Part shown: positions 18,564-27,477 of the stretch, in pieces
Numbering within the stretch: position 1 is the stretch's first letter
How the letters are laid out: each line of letters opens with the position of its first letter
Origin: Oceanicaulis sp.
Lineage (GTDB): Bacteria; Pseudomonadota; Alphaproteobacteria; Caulobacterales; Maricaulaceae
DNA: 64,000 nt
NCBI GenBank assembly: GCA_040112665.1
Contig: CP157796.1
Coordinates: 186,813 to 250,812 of the forward strand
Reading direction: 5' to 3'
The notes under the pieces: generated by a model
What the model was told of the DNA's origin: nothing
The model's input: only the letters and a program-made list of their open reading frames with translations
Databases searched by the model: none
Program-made: the position numbers and the translations under genes

Positions 18564-19724
18564 ATGCTTCGCCTCGCCGCCGCCACGACGCTTGCTTCCG
18601 GCCTTGCGCTGAGCTTCGCCGCGCCGGGCTTCGCCCAGGACGTGATCGACAGCCAGCAGGAAAGCTTCACGGTGACGACCGTCGCCCAAGGCTTGGGCTT
18701 TCCTTGGTCGCTCGCCTTCCTGCCGACCGGCGAGATGCTGGTGACCGAGCGCGACGGGGCGCTGCGGGTGATCGATCAGGAGGGCCTGCGCGCGGCGCCG
18801 GTGAGCGGGCTTCCCGAAGACCTCGTTGTCGAGCGCCAGGGCGGCATGATGGAGATCGCGGTCGCGCCGGACTTCGATCAGACCCGCGAGGTTTACTTCA
18901 CCTATTCCGAAGGCACGGCGGATGCGAACCGCACCGTGCTCGCCCGCGCCCGGCTGAGCGAGGATCTTAGCGCGCTTGAAAATGTCGAGGACCTCTTCAA
19001 GGTCAATTTCGAAAAGCGCCGCGGCTTTCACTTCGGCGGCCGGATCCTGTTCAACCCCGACGATACGCTGTTCGTCACCCTGGGCGACGGCGGGATGCAT
19101 CAGGACGAAGCGCAGAACCCGGCCAATCATCTGGGCACGGTCGTCCGCATCAATCGCGACGGCTCGATCCCGGCCGACAATCCCACGATCGAAGGCGCTG
19201 CGCCGGGCGTTTACAGCTACGGCCATCGCAACGTTCAGGGCATCGACCGCAACCCCGAGACCGGCTCGGTCTTCACCCATGAACACGGCGCGCGCGGCGG
19301 CGATGAGCTGAACGTGCTGCAACCCGGCGCGAACTATGGCTGGCCGGCGGTGACCTACGGGATCAATTACAACGGCTCGGTCGTCTCGCTGCAGCAGGAG
19401 AACCCTGCCTTCACCGAGCCGGTCTGGTACTGGAACCCCTCCATCGCGCCAGCCGGCATGGCCTTCCATGACGGAACCCAGTTTCCCAACTGGGAGGGCG
19501 ATCTCTTCGTCTCCGCGCTCGCCGGCATGGCGCTTCAGCGTCTGGAGATGGACGGCGACCGGGTGATCGGGGTCGAGCCGCTCCTGACCGAGCGCGAGGA
19601 GCGCTATCGCGACGTGCGCGTGGGCCCTGACGGCGCGATCTACGTGCTGGTCGACGATATCGAGGGCGCGGTGCTGAAGCTCGAACACGCCCCGACCGCG
19701 CGCGAAGAAGCATTCGAAGGCTGA
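18564..19724 (+). CDS. PQQ-dependent sugar dehydrogenase (soluble aldose sugar dehydrogenase YliI-like)
   Basis: 386 aa. Signal peptide and beta-propeller motifs PW.LAFLP.G.MLVTER, GHRN.QG and NYGWP. A paralog lies at 56345..57484. Confidence 0.85.
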   Translation: MLRLAAATTLASGLALSFAAPGFAQDVIDSQQESFTVTTVAQGLGFPWSLAFLPTGEMLVTERDGALRVIDQEGLRAAPVSGLPEDLVVERQGGMMEIAVAPDFDQTREVYFTYSEGTADANRTVLARARLSEDLSALENVEDLFKVNFEKRRGFHFGGRILFNPDDTLFVTLGDGGMHQDEAQNPANHLGTVVRINRDGSIPADNPTIEGAAPGVYSYGHRNVQGIDRNPETGSVFTHEHGARGGDELNVLQPGANYGWPAVTYGINYNGSVVSLQQENPAFTEPVWYWNPSIAPAGMAFHDGTQFPNWEGDLFVSALAGMALQRLEMDGDRVIGVEPLLTEREERYRDVRVGPDGAIYVLVDDIEGAVLKLEHAPTAREEAFEG

Positions 19725-19737
19725 GCGGCGGTCTGAA

Positions 19738-19780
19738 ACAAAAAACGCCCCGGCGGATGCGCGCCGGGGCGTTCTCTGTT
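19738..19780. terminator. bidirectional terminator between PQQ dehydrogenase and ctrA
   Basis: Stem AACGCCCCGGCG / CGCCGGGGCGTT (19744..19755 / 19762..19773), with AAACAAAAAA on the left and TTCTCTGTT on the right. Confidence 0.7.
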
Positions 19781-19797
19781 CGGGTGAGGCGCGTCGC

Positions 19798-20499
19798 CTA
19801 GGCGCTCGCGGCCTTCTGCTCCTCGACCGGATCGCGCAGCACGTAGCCGCGGCCCCAGACGGTCTCGATATGGTTGTCTCCGCCGGTCGCCGCCGAGAGC
19901 TTCTTGCGAAGCTTGCAGATGAACACGTCGATGATCTTCAGCTCGGGCTCGTCCATGCCGCCATAGAGATGGTTGAGGAACATCTCCTTGGTGAGCGTGG
20001 TCCCTTTGCGCAGGGAGAGCAGCTCGAGCATCTGGTATTCCTTGCCGGTCAGGTGGACGCGCTGATTGGCGACCTCCACCGTCTTGGCGTCCAGGTTCAC
20101 CGCGATGTCGCCGGTCTTGATGATCGACTGGCTGTGACCTTTCGAGCGGCGCACGACGGCGTGGATCCGCGCGATCAGCTCTTCCTTGTGGAAGGGCTTG
20201 GTCATGTAGTCGTCCGCGCCAGACCCCAGGCCGCGCACCTTGTTATCGATGTCGGCGTTGCCCGAGAGGATCAGGATCGGGGTGTCGACCTTGGCCACGC
20301 GCAGGGTCTTCAGAACGTCGAAGCCCGGCATGTCCGGAAGGTTCAGATCAAGCAGGATGATGTCGTAATCATACAGCTTGCCGAGATCGACGCCCTCCTC
20401 GCCGTAATCGGTCACGTACACGTTGAAGCCCTCGGACTTCAACATCAGCTCGATTCCCTGCGCCGTGGCGCGGTCGTCTTCGATCAGCAGGACCCGCAT
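19798..20499 (-). CDS. ctrA: cell-cycle response regulator CtrA
   Basis: 233 aa starting MRVLLIEDD. OmpR-family receiver plus winged helix, near-identical in character to my recalled CtrA sequence (...[18 protein letters not shown]...[53 protein letters not shown]...). Confidence 0.95.
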   Translation of the reverse strand: MRVLLIEDDRATAQGIELMLKSEGFNVYVTDYGEEGVDLGKLYDYDIILLDLNLPDMPGFDVLKTLRVAKVDTPILILSGNADIDNKVRGLGSGADDYMTKPFHKEELIARIHAVVRRSKGHSQSIIKTGDIAVNLDAKTVEVANQRVHLTGKEYQMLELLSLRKGTTLTKEMFLNHLYGGMDEPELKIIDVFICKLRKKLSAATGGDNHIETVWGRGYVLRDPVEEQKAASA

Positions 20500-20527
20500 C
20501 GGTTCCCCCTCCCAAGGCCGCACGGAC

Positions 20528-20651
20528 GAATCATTGGTCTCGCCCGACGCATCAACCGTTAACCTTATTCGCTATGAGAGGCGAGAATCCCTTAGGAGAA
20601 GTTAACGGCGGTTTGACTCGATGGGTGGAATCGAGTCCGCGAAGGCGATTC
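20528..20651. promoter_or_regulatory. cluster of six GANTC (CcrM-type methylation) sites in the ctrA upstream region
   Basis: GAATC at 20528, GAATC at 20585, GACTC at 20615, GAATC at 20628, GAGTC at 20633 (abutting the previous site) and GATTC at 20647. All lie 29-152 bp upstream of the ctrA ATG. Confidence 0.6.
20601..20617 (-). promoter_or_regulatory. CtrA-box-like site (8/9) upstream of ctrA
   Basis: The plus strand reads GTTAACGGCGGTTTGAC, which is TCAA-N7-TTAAC on the ctrA strand (consensus TTAA-N7-TTAAC). It overlaps the GACTC at 20615. Confidence 0.4.
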
Positions 20652-20763
20652 TCTCTAGCCAGGCCAGAAAAATCAGCTGGTTAATAAATCATACGACCGG
20701 CTGCGTCGCGTACGGAGGACTTGTTTTGTTCCGTGTGCGAACTTGTGGACAGTCGCTGTCAAG

Positions 20764-20797
20764 CAAAACCCCGCCCCGGCGGCGCCGGAGCGGGGTC
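20764..20797 (-). terminator. rho-independent terminator after the KamA-like gene
   Basis: The minus strand reads GACCCCGCTCCGGCGCCGCCGGGGCGGGGTTTTGCTTG, a GC stem followed by a T-run. Confidence 0.55.
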
Positions 20798-20822
20798 GCC
20801 ATGCGTTCGTTCTGTATAAGGA

Positions 20823-22262
20823 CTATTCAGCAGCCATCATCGCCGGCGCGATCGCGGCCAGCAAAGGCCCCCATTTCTCGTCAGCGCCCTCGACCCGTCC
20901 GTCATAGAGGATACGGTCCTCATAGCCGGTGATCCACAGCGCCTCGGGATTGCGGCGTGCAATCACCAGATCGCTCTGCCGGTTCTCGAACGGGGTGCGG
21001 TGAAGGCGGAAGACCGCCAGCCCTTCGGCCAGCGCCTGGCCCAGCTCGCCGCCGACGCTGCGCAGCCGCTCGTCGCCTTCGGTCAGCGCGACGAGCTCCA
21101 TCTTGCCCGCCTCGGTAGACAGGGCGAAGCGAGACCGCTCGATGCCGGACAGGCCGTGCTGGCTCTCGGCGTGAATCTTCCACGCTTTCTCCACGGGAAC
21201 CGCGAAGGCGCGAAAACCCTCGATCTCGCGGCACTGGAAAAAGTAGTGGTTGTTCACCCCCATCCGCTTGAGCTCCTGCTGCATCAGGCGGAGCGTGTCG
21301 GCGTCGTCGTTGACGCTGTCGATGATCGGGGTCTGGTTTTCCAGCGTCACGAAGGGACGCGAGCGCAGGCGCTGCGCGGCGCGCTCGACCAGCGGATTGC
21401 GCAGCAGACGGCCGTCCTCGTCACGGACATGGTCGCCGGTCTCGCTGACCCGCAGGAATTCGTCGGGATGGGTGAAGTGGACCATGAAGGCGAGCAGCAC
21501 CTGGGGGTGCAGCTCATGAAACAGGTCCAGCATCTCGAAGAAATTGTCGTCGAAGCGCTCGGGGAAGAAGGCCATCTCCTTGGTCCCGATGCGGATCACT
21601 TCGAGACCGGCTTCGGCCAGGCCGTTGAGATAGTCGAACAGGTTACGGTTGGAGAGCACCATCGGGTCGCCGCCCGACAGGAGCGCCTCGCGTATCTTCG
21701 GCTTGTCGGTGATCTCGCCGGAGGCGACCTTTTCGTTATGGCCGGTGATGTACTCCTTGATCTCGTGGATCGAGGCGGTGTCCTTGCCGGTCTTGCCGGT
21801 CAGGAAATCCGAGCGGTAGCAGTACCGGCACCAGCTCGAACAGGTGCGCACCACGTAAAGCAGCACCAGCTCGTATTTGTGCAGAAGGCCCGGAATGGGG
21901 CTGTATTTCAGCTGGTTGGACGGGTCGGCCTCGCCGGACAGATCGTCCATCTCCTCAGGCCGGGCCTTGATGAGGTTCTTCACCGCCGTCGAGCGCTTGG
22001 CCAGGTCGAGATAGTACCCGGTCGCGCGCGGCGGCAGGCGGTCGGACACGCCCGCCTTTTCGAGGGCGTCGAGTTCCTCGGCGGAATAGACCTCCGCACC
22101 GCCCTCCTCGACATATTTGCGATAGCGCGCGATGTCGTGGACGACGTACCGGTTGAACTTCGTCTCGTCGATCCGCGCGTAGAGATTGTCCTTGTGCTGG
22201 CGGGAGACCGCCTTTTTCTTGGGCCTCGACCCGGCGATGCGAATTTTTCCGTCAAGCGGCAT
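20823..22262 (-). CDS. KamA-family radical SAM aminomutase-like protein
   Basis: 479 aa. CSSWCRYC (CX3CX2C) at residues 141-148, LLSGGDPMVL, a block (MGVNNHYFFQCREIEGFRAFAVP) corresponding to the lysine-2,3-aminomutase PYYL.QCD...G..HFR block, and a candidate PLP lysine in STEAGKMEL. Strong SD (GAGGAG). Confidence 0.85.
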   Translation of the reverse strand: MPLDGKIRIAGSRPKKKAVSRQHKDNLYARIDETKFNRYVVHDIARYRKYVEEGGAEVYSAEELDALEKAGVSDRLPPRATGYYLDLAKRSTAVKNLIKARPEEMDDLSGEADPSNQLKYSPIPGLLHKYELVLLYVVRTCSSWCRYCYRSDFLTGKTGKDTASIHEIKEYITGHNEKVASGEITDKPKIREALLSGGDPMVLSNRNLFDYLNGLAEAGLEVIRIGTKEMAFFPERFDDNFFEMLDLFHELHPQVLLAFMVHFTHPDEFLRVSETGDHVRDEDGRLLRNPLVERAAQRLRSRPFVTLENQTPIIDSVNDDADTLRLMQQELKRMGVNNHYFFQCREIEGFRAFAVPVEKAWKIHAESQHGLSGIERSRFALSTEAGKMELVALTEGDERLRSVGGELGQALAEGLAVFRLHRTPFENRQSDLVIARRNPEALWITGYEDRILYDGRVEGADEKWGPLLAAIAPAMMAAE

Positions 22263-22653
22263 GGGCTCTCCTCGTCGTCGATGTCTCGGCGGCGGCGGCG
22301 GCGCCAGCGATGTGGTCGTTCAATGGCGCGGACGCGCCCTACGGCCCGGCAGGGAGCCGTCGCGATGGTCGTGAACCGTCGATGCGGTCTGCCGCGTCCG
22401 GGTCCGTCATCGGCCCGCCCGGCGCAGCGAGCGGGAAAATAGCGATTTTCGGACAGAATGGAACAGCCGGGCGCTGATTTAATCCGAAACCGACGGTAAT
22501 GACGGGCGTTATCCGCGGTTGCGCCAAGGCCGCCAGAGGCTGTGCGATCGGCGCGGCACGCTCCGCTCCGTTTACGCGACCGAAACCGCGTTTGGGTTAA
22601 ACCTCTCTTCGAAGCGGCGCAAAACGCGCCCCGGCAGACGCGAGAGAACGAGC

Positions 22654-23973
22654 GTGGACAGCCTGATCGCAGAGATCGGCGCGCTGCAGACGCGGACCTT
22701 CAAGGGGCGCGTCAGCGCCGTCAACGGCCTGCTGGTCGAAGCCACCGGCCCGCGCGGCGCGCTGAGTCTCGGCGCGTCTGCGGAGATCATGGTGGGCGAG
22801 TCCGGCCCCGCGCGCTGCGAGGTGGTCGGCTTCCGCGGCGAGACCGCGCTGATGATGGCCTATGGCGATCTTTCCGGCGTCCGGCCGGGCGCGCAGGCCT
22901 CGATCAATCCCGAAGGCGGCGTTCTGAAACCCTGCCGGGCCTGGCTGGGCCGCGTCATCGACAGCGGCGGAACCCCGCGCGACGGGCTGGGCGCCCTGCA
23001 CGAAGGCGAAGCCGGCTATCCTTTGAAAGGCCGCGCGCCCTGCGCGCATTCCCGTCAGAGGCTGGGCGATCGGATGAGCCTCGGGGTGCGCGCGCTCGAC
23101 GTCTTCACACCGATGCGCAAGGGCCAGCGGCTGGGCGTTTTCGCCGGGTCCGGCGTGGGCAAGTCGGTGCTTCTGTCGATGCTGGCGCGAGGATCCGACG
23201 CCGACGTGATCGTCATCGGCCTGATCGGCGAACGCGGCCGGGAGGCGCGCGAATTCGTCGAGGACGTGCTGGGCCCTGACGGGCGCGCAAAATCGGTGGT
23301 GATCACCGAGACCGGCGACGCGCCCGCCCTCGCCCGGCGCCGCGCGGCCTACGCCACGATCACCACGGCGGAATATTTCCGCGACCAGGGCCTGAACGTG
23401 CTCTGCCTGATGGATTCGGTCACCCGTTTCGCCCTGGCCCAGCGCGAGATCGGGCTGGCCGCCGGCGAACCGCCGACCACGCGCGGCTATACGCCCTCGG
23501 TCTTCGCAGAGCTGCCCGCCCTTCTCGAGCGGGCCGGCCCGGGGCCCGAGGGGACGGGGTCGATCACCGGGCTGTTCACCGTGCTGGTGGACGGCGACGA
23601 TCATAACGAGCCGATCGCCGACGCGGTCCGCGGCATTCTGGACGGCCATGTGGTCATGGACCGCCGGATCGCCGAGCGCGGCCGCTTCCCGGCGATCGAC
23701 GTGCTCAAATCAATCTCGCGCACCGCCCCGGAGGTCTACGGCCCCGGCGAGGCGGACACGGCGAAAGCCGCACGCGCGCTCCTGTCGGCCTACGCCGACA
23801 TGGAAGAACTCATTCGGCTCGGCGCGTATTCGCCGGGATCGAACCCGGCGGTGGACCGGGCGATTGCGGTCAACGAACCGCTGGAAGCGTTTCTGGCGCA
23901 GGGAAAAGACGAGGCCTCGCCCATCGGGGAGAGTTTCGCGGCCCTGGCCGGGATCCTGGGTGATGGAGGGTGA
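22654..23973 (+). CDS. fliI: flagellum-specific ATPase FliI
   Basis: About 439 aa from GTG; no in-frame ATG precedes the conserved N-terminal domain. Walker A is GSGVGKS. F1-ATPase-like blocks are [12 protein letters not shown] and RGYTPSVF. Confidence 0.9.
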   Translation: MDSLIAEIGALQTRTFKGRVSAVNGLLVEATGPRGALSLGASAEIMVGESGPARCEVVGFRGETALMMAYGDLSGVRPGAQASINPEGGVLKPCRAWLGRVIDSGGTPRDGLGALHEGEAGYPLKGRAPCAHSRQRLGDRMSLGVRALDVFTPMRKGQRLGVFAGSGVGKSVLLSMLARGSDADVIVIGLIGERGREAREFVEDVLGPDGRAKSVVITETGDAPALARRRAAYATITTAEYFRDQGLNVLCLMDSVTRFALAQREIGLAAGEPPTTRGYTPSVFAELPALLERAGPGPEGTGSITGLFTVLVDGDDHNEPIADAVRGILDGHVVMDRRIAERGRFPAIDVLKSISRTAPEVYGPGEADTAKAARALLSAYADMEELIRLGAYSPGSNPAVDRAIAVNEPLEAFLAQGKDEASPIGESFAALAGILGDGG

Positions 23974-24395
23974 TGATGGGAACGAGATCGCATGAGCCGC
24001 TGATCAGGCTCGCGCGCTTCAAGGTCGAGGAACTGCAAAAGCAGATGGCCGATATCGAGACCGTGCGCGGCTCGATCCTCGACCAGATCGAGCGCCTTGA
24101 AGAGAGCGTGCCGGAGGAACAGGCCGTGGCGGTGGAAAACCGTGACGGCTACATCGCGTACGGCAGCTACGCGCGCTCGGTGATCCAGCGCAAGGAAAAG
24201 CTGCGCACGAGCCTGGACGAGGTCGATGCGCAGGCCGGCGCGATTCGCGAACGACTGGAGACGGCGTTCGCCGAGCTGAAAAAGTTCGAACTGCTCGAAG
24301 AGCGGCGAATCGCGCGCATCCAGGACTCCGTGCGCGCGGCCGAGCAGGCCGAACTCGACGAGATCGCGGCGGGCATGCGGCGCTCGGCGCACTGA
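23970..24395 (+). CDS. fliJ: flagellar export chaperone FliJ
   Basis: About 140 aa, all-helical coiled-coil ([20 protein letters not shown]...). It overlaps the fliI stop; ATGs at 23973 and 23976 follow GGAGGG. Confidence 0.75.
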   Translation: MMMGTRSHEPLIRLARFKVEELQKQMADIETVRGSILDQIERLEESVPEEQAVAVENRDGYIAYGSYARSVIQRKEKLRTSLDEVDAQAGAIRERLETAFAELKKFELLEERRIARIQDSVRAAEQAELDEIAAGMRRSAH

Positions 24396-24464
24396 GAACC
24401 ACGTTCTTAGCGATTTGAACGACTTGCGCGGACCGCGTGGCTTTCGCGCACTTGTCTGCGGCGG

Positions 24465-24479
24465 TTAACTCAGGCTTAA
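24465..24479 (+). promoter_or_regulatory. perfect CtrA core box TTAA-N7-TTAA
   Basis: TTAACTCAGGCTTAA lies 28-42 bp upstream of the ATG at 24507, in the fliJ-downstream spacer. Confidence 0.5.
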
Positions 24480-24506
24480 TTCTCCTCTCAGGGAGGAGAC
24501 GCGACG

Positions 24507-25139
24507 ATGAACGCCGCGCGCCGCATCGAAGTCAGCCTCGCCGGGCTCATCGCCGGCGGGGCGCTGTTCGCCGCCATGGTCCCCGGCGCGTCGCCGGACG
24601 AGGGCCCGGAGATCTTCGCACCTCCGGCCCTGCCGAGCGTCGATATCTCACAGTTCCAGGACATCCGCGTCTCTGACGCCTCGCGCGCGGTCGCGGCTTC
24701 GGTGATCAGCAGAGACATCGGCGCGGCGCGCTTCGCCGCGCCGCCGCCTGCCTCCGTCTCCGGCCAGGAAGCCGCTCTCAGCGTCCGGCCTACAGGCTCG
24801 GTCGGCGAAGGCGCGGCCTGGACCGGTCAGGCCTTCGGGTTCGAAGTCACCGCCGCGCCGCAGGCCACGGGCTATGGCGGTCCGGACTGGTGGCTCGTCG
24901 GCGGCGCAGGACGGGAGAGCTACGCCCTCGCCCCCGGCGGCTTGCGTGAGTACACGATCGCGCCGGTGTCAGCCGAAGGCGTGGTCGGCGACGCCCATAT
25001 CGGCGTGGCGATGAAGGTGACCGACAACGCCTTCGCCGGGATCGGCTATGTCCGCGAGGAGCGCCGCTTCACCCTGGGCACCGAGGACTGGGAAGAGAGC
25101 GAGCACTATCTCGGCGTCAGCTTCCAGGCGCGCTGGTAA
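24507..25139 (+). CDS. hypothetical exported protein with OM beta-barrel-like C-terminus
   Basis: 210 aa with a strong SD (GGGAGGAG). N-terminal hydrophobic segment LAGLIAGGALFAAMVPGA. The C-terminal half has alternating-hydrophobic strands ending in ...HYLGVSFQARW. No family recognised. Confidence 0.55.
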   Translation: MNAARRIEVSLAGLIAGGALFAAMVPGASPDEGPEIFAPPALPSVDISQFQDIRVSDASRAVAASVISRDIGAARFAAPPPASVSGQEAALSVRPTGSVGEGAAWTGQAFGFEVTAAPQATGYGGPDWWLVGGAGRESYALAPGGLREYTIAPVSAEGVVGDAHIGVAMKVTDNAFAGIGYVREERRFTLGTEDWEESEHYLGVSFQARW

Positions 25140-25144
25140 ACGCC

Positions 25145-25969
25145 TCAGGCCGCTTTCGCCGCCGTTTCAGGTTTCGCGTAGAGCCCGCGCTTGCCCGTGA
25201 CCGGGCGCAGCGCTTCGGTCAGGCCGACCACGGTTTCCGCCGCCCCCAGCACCAGATAGCCGTCGTCGGCTAGTAGGCTCGCCAGCCGGTCGAGCACCTT
25301 CGCCTTGGTCTCGATATCGAAATAGATGAGCACGTTGCGGCAGAAGATGACGTCCTGCCGGCCGTAGCGGGTGAAGTCGTCGAGCAGATTGCCCTGCTCG
25401 AAGCGGATCTTCTGACGCAGATGCGGCTTGATCCGCCAGGTGTCGCCGGTCTGGTCGAAATGCTTCACCAGACGCTGGATCGGCAGGCCGCGCTGCACCT
25501 CGAACTGGGAATAGACGCCTGCGCGCGCCTTTTCGAGCACCGGCCCGCTCATGTCGGTCGCCAGGATGTCGACCGGCGGAATCACGCCCTCGTCGGCCAG
25601 CATGGCGAGCGAATAGGGCTCCTGGCCCGAACTCGCCGCCGCGCACCAGACCTTCAGCGCCCGTCCCGGACGCGCCGTGCGCAGGGCTGGCCCGATCGTC
25701 TCCTCGAACAGTTCGAACGGCGTCTTGTCGCGAAAGAAGAACGTCTCGTGGGTGGCCAGCGCCTCGCCCGCGGCGACGCAGAGCTTCTGATCGCCGCGCA
25801 TCATCGCGTCCACCAGCGCCTCGACCGAGGCGAAGCCTTCGCGGCGGGCCAGCGGTCCGAGCCGGGAATCCATCAGATACGCTTTCTCAGGACCGAGCAC
25901 GAGCCCGGTGCGCTTGCGCACGTCGGACGACAGGAACTCGAATTTCGACGGCGGAAGAGCGCTCATCAC
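25145..25969 (-). CDS. cheR: chemotaxis protein methyltransferase CheR
   Basis: 274 aa. TFFFRD and the SAM-binding block VWCAAASSGQEPYSLAM. Start is GTG at 25969 or ATG at 25966, overlapping the cheB stop. Confidence 0.9.
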   Translation of the reverse strand: MMSALPPSKFEFLSSDVRKRTGLVLGPEKAYLMDSRLGPLARREGFASVEALVDAMMRGDQKLCVAAGEALATHETFFFRDKTPFELFEETIGPALRTARPGRALKVWCAAASSGQEPYSLAMLADEGVIPPVDILATDMSGPVLEKARAGVYSQFEVQRGLPIQRLVKHFDQTGDTWRIKPHLRQKIRFEQGNLLDDFTRYGRQDVIFCRNVLIYFDIETKAKVLDRLASLLADDGYLVLGAAETVVGLTEALRPVTGKRGLYAKPETAAKAA

Positions 25970-27084
25970 GGTCCTTTCAGGCGCCGGGCGATTTCCGGGC
26001 CGATATCTTTGAGCGGCAGGATCATGTCGGCGAGGCCGGCTTCGGCGACCGCGCCGGGCATGCCCCAGACCACGCTGGAGGCCTGATCCTGAACGATGAC
26101 CTGACCGCCGGCGGCGCGGATCGCGCGCGCGCCTTCACGGCCGTCCGCGCCCATGCCGGTCAGCACGATCGCAAGAACGCCGCGGCCGGCGAGCCTGGCG
26201 CAGGTCTCAAACAGCGGGTCGACCGCCGGGCGGCAGAAATTCACCGGGGGGTTCTGGTCGAGCACGGCCTCGAAACCGCCCCCGCCCTGGCGCAGAGTGA
26301 AATGAAAATCGCCAGGCGCCAGATAGATCCGGCCCGCGCGCAGCATCTCGCCATGCTTGGCCTCGGCGGCCGGGATCCCGCTTTTCGCCAGATGCTCGGC
26401 GAGAATGGCGGTGAACAGCTTGGGCATGTGCTGGGCGATGACGATCGGCGCGGAGGGCTCTTTCGGCAGCGCTGCGACGACGTCGCGCAGCGCCTGAGGC
26501 CCGCCGGTCGACGAGCCGATCGCGATGAGGCTCGGGCGCGTGGCGACGGCCGTGCGCGGCGTGGAGGGATAGACCGGCGCGGGCCGCGGCGCCGCCGTTG
26601 CGGCGCTCTGCCGGCTCTGGAAGGTCGCCGGCCGGGCGCTGTAGCGCGGGCTCAGCGCGACGAGCTTGGCGATGAGGTCTTCACGGTAGGCTTCCGCGCC
26701 CGCCACGCGGCCGGCCTCGGGTTTGGGCGCATAGTCCGCCGCCCCGAGCGACAGGGCCCGCATCGTCACTTCCGCGCCCTTGCGGGTCAGGGTCGAGGCC
26801 ATCACGACGCGCGCGCGCGGCGCGGCCTTGAGAATGAGCGGCAGCGCGGTCAGCCCGTCCATCTTCGGCATTTCGATATCGAGTACGACGAGATCGGGCT
26901 GCAGCTCGCCGGCCTTCTTGACGCCCTGCTCGCCGTCCGCGCAGGTCGCAGCCACCTCGAGCCGGTTGTCCGCCTCGATCCAGCGCGCGACCAGGCCACG
27001 CACGACCGCGCTGTCGTCGATGATGAGCACGCGCGGCGCGCCGGAGGCGGCCTGACCGGTGGAATAGGCGGGAACGGCGCTCAC
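25966..27084 (-). CDS. cheB: protein-glutamate methylesterase / response regulator CheB
   Basis: 372 aa. Receiver (RVLIIDDSAVVR, DLVVLDIEMPKMDG) and esterase motifs GSSTGGPQAL and LTGMGADG. Confidence 0.92.
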   Translation of the reverse strand: MSAVPAYSTGQAASGAPRVLIIDDSAVVRGLVARWIEADNRLEVAATCADGEQGVKKAGELQPDLVVLDIEMPKMDGLTALPLILKAAPRARVVMASTLTRKGAEVTMRALSLGAADYAPKPEAGRVAGAEAYREDLIAKLVALSPRYSARPATFQSRQSAATAAPRPAPVYPSTPRTAVATRPSLIAIGSSTGGPQALRDVVAALPKEPSAPIVIAQHMPKLFTAILAEHLAKSGIPAAEAKHGEMLRAGRIYLAPGDFHFTLRQGGGGFEAVLDQNPPVNFCRPAVDPLFETCARLAGRGVLAIVLTGMGADGREGARAIRAAGGQVIVQDQASSVVWGMPGAVAEAGLADMILPLKDIGPEIARRLKGP

Positions 27085-27097
27085 TCGGTTGCCTTCC

Positions 27098-27463
27098 TCA
27101 GACCAGGCCGGTTTCGGCGAACTTGCTTTCGATGATGTCCCCGTCGAAGGGCTTCATCACGTACTCGTCGGCCCCCGCGCGCAGCGCCTGGGTGATGTGG
27201 CCCATGTCGTTCTCGGTGGTGCAGAACACCACGACCGGCTTCTTCCCCTCGGGCTCCTCGCGGAGCTTGATGAGGAATTCGAGCCCGTTCATCACCGGCA
27301 TGTTCCAGTCCAGAAGGACCGCGTCGGGCATCGCCTTCTTGCAGTGATCGAGCGCCTGCTTGCCGTCGGCGGCCTCTTCGCAGACGAAGCCGAGATCCTC
27401 GACGATCTTGCGGGCGACCTTGCGGATCACGCGGCTGTCGTCGACCACGAGACAGGTTTTCAT
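27098..27463 (-). CDS. cheY: chemotaxis response regulator CheY
   Basis: 121 aa: MKTCLVVDDSRVIRK...DAVLLDWNMPVMNG...KPF. Confidence 0.92.
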   Translation of the reverse strand: MKTCLVVDDSRVIRKVARKIVEDLGFVCEEAADGKQALDHCKKAMPDAVLLDWNMPVMNGLEFLIKLREEPEGKKPVVVFCTTENDMGHITQALRAGADEYVMKPFDGDIIESKFAETGLV

Positions 27464-27477
27464 CGCGCGTCCCTCCC

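Noticed and set aside
22287-22301. (CGG)5 trinucleotide run as a phase-variation tract
   Set aside because: It has only five units, lies in a GC-rich non-coding leader, and shows no evidence of length polymorphism from a single sequence. Such runs are common in high-GC DNA.
22263-22450. Lysine riboswitch in front of the KamA-like gene
   Set aside because: The idea is attractive by analogy with kamA regulation in some Firmicutes. However, I could not recognise the conserved L-box core, and it needs a covariance-model scan.
22459-22474. Sigma54-like promoter TGGAACAGCCGGGCGC upstream of fliI
   Set aside because: The GG and GC elements are separated by 9 or 11 nt rather than the required 10, and the -12 region does not resemble TTGC.
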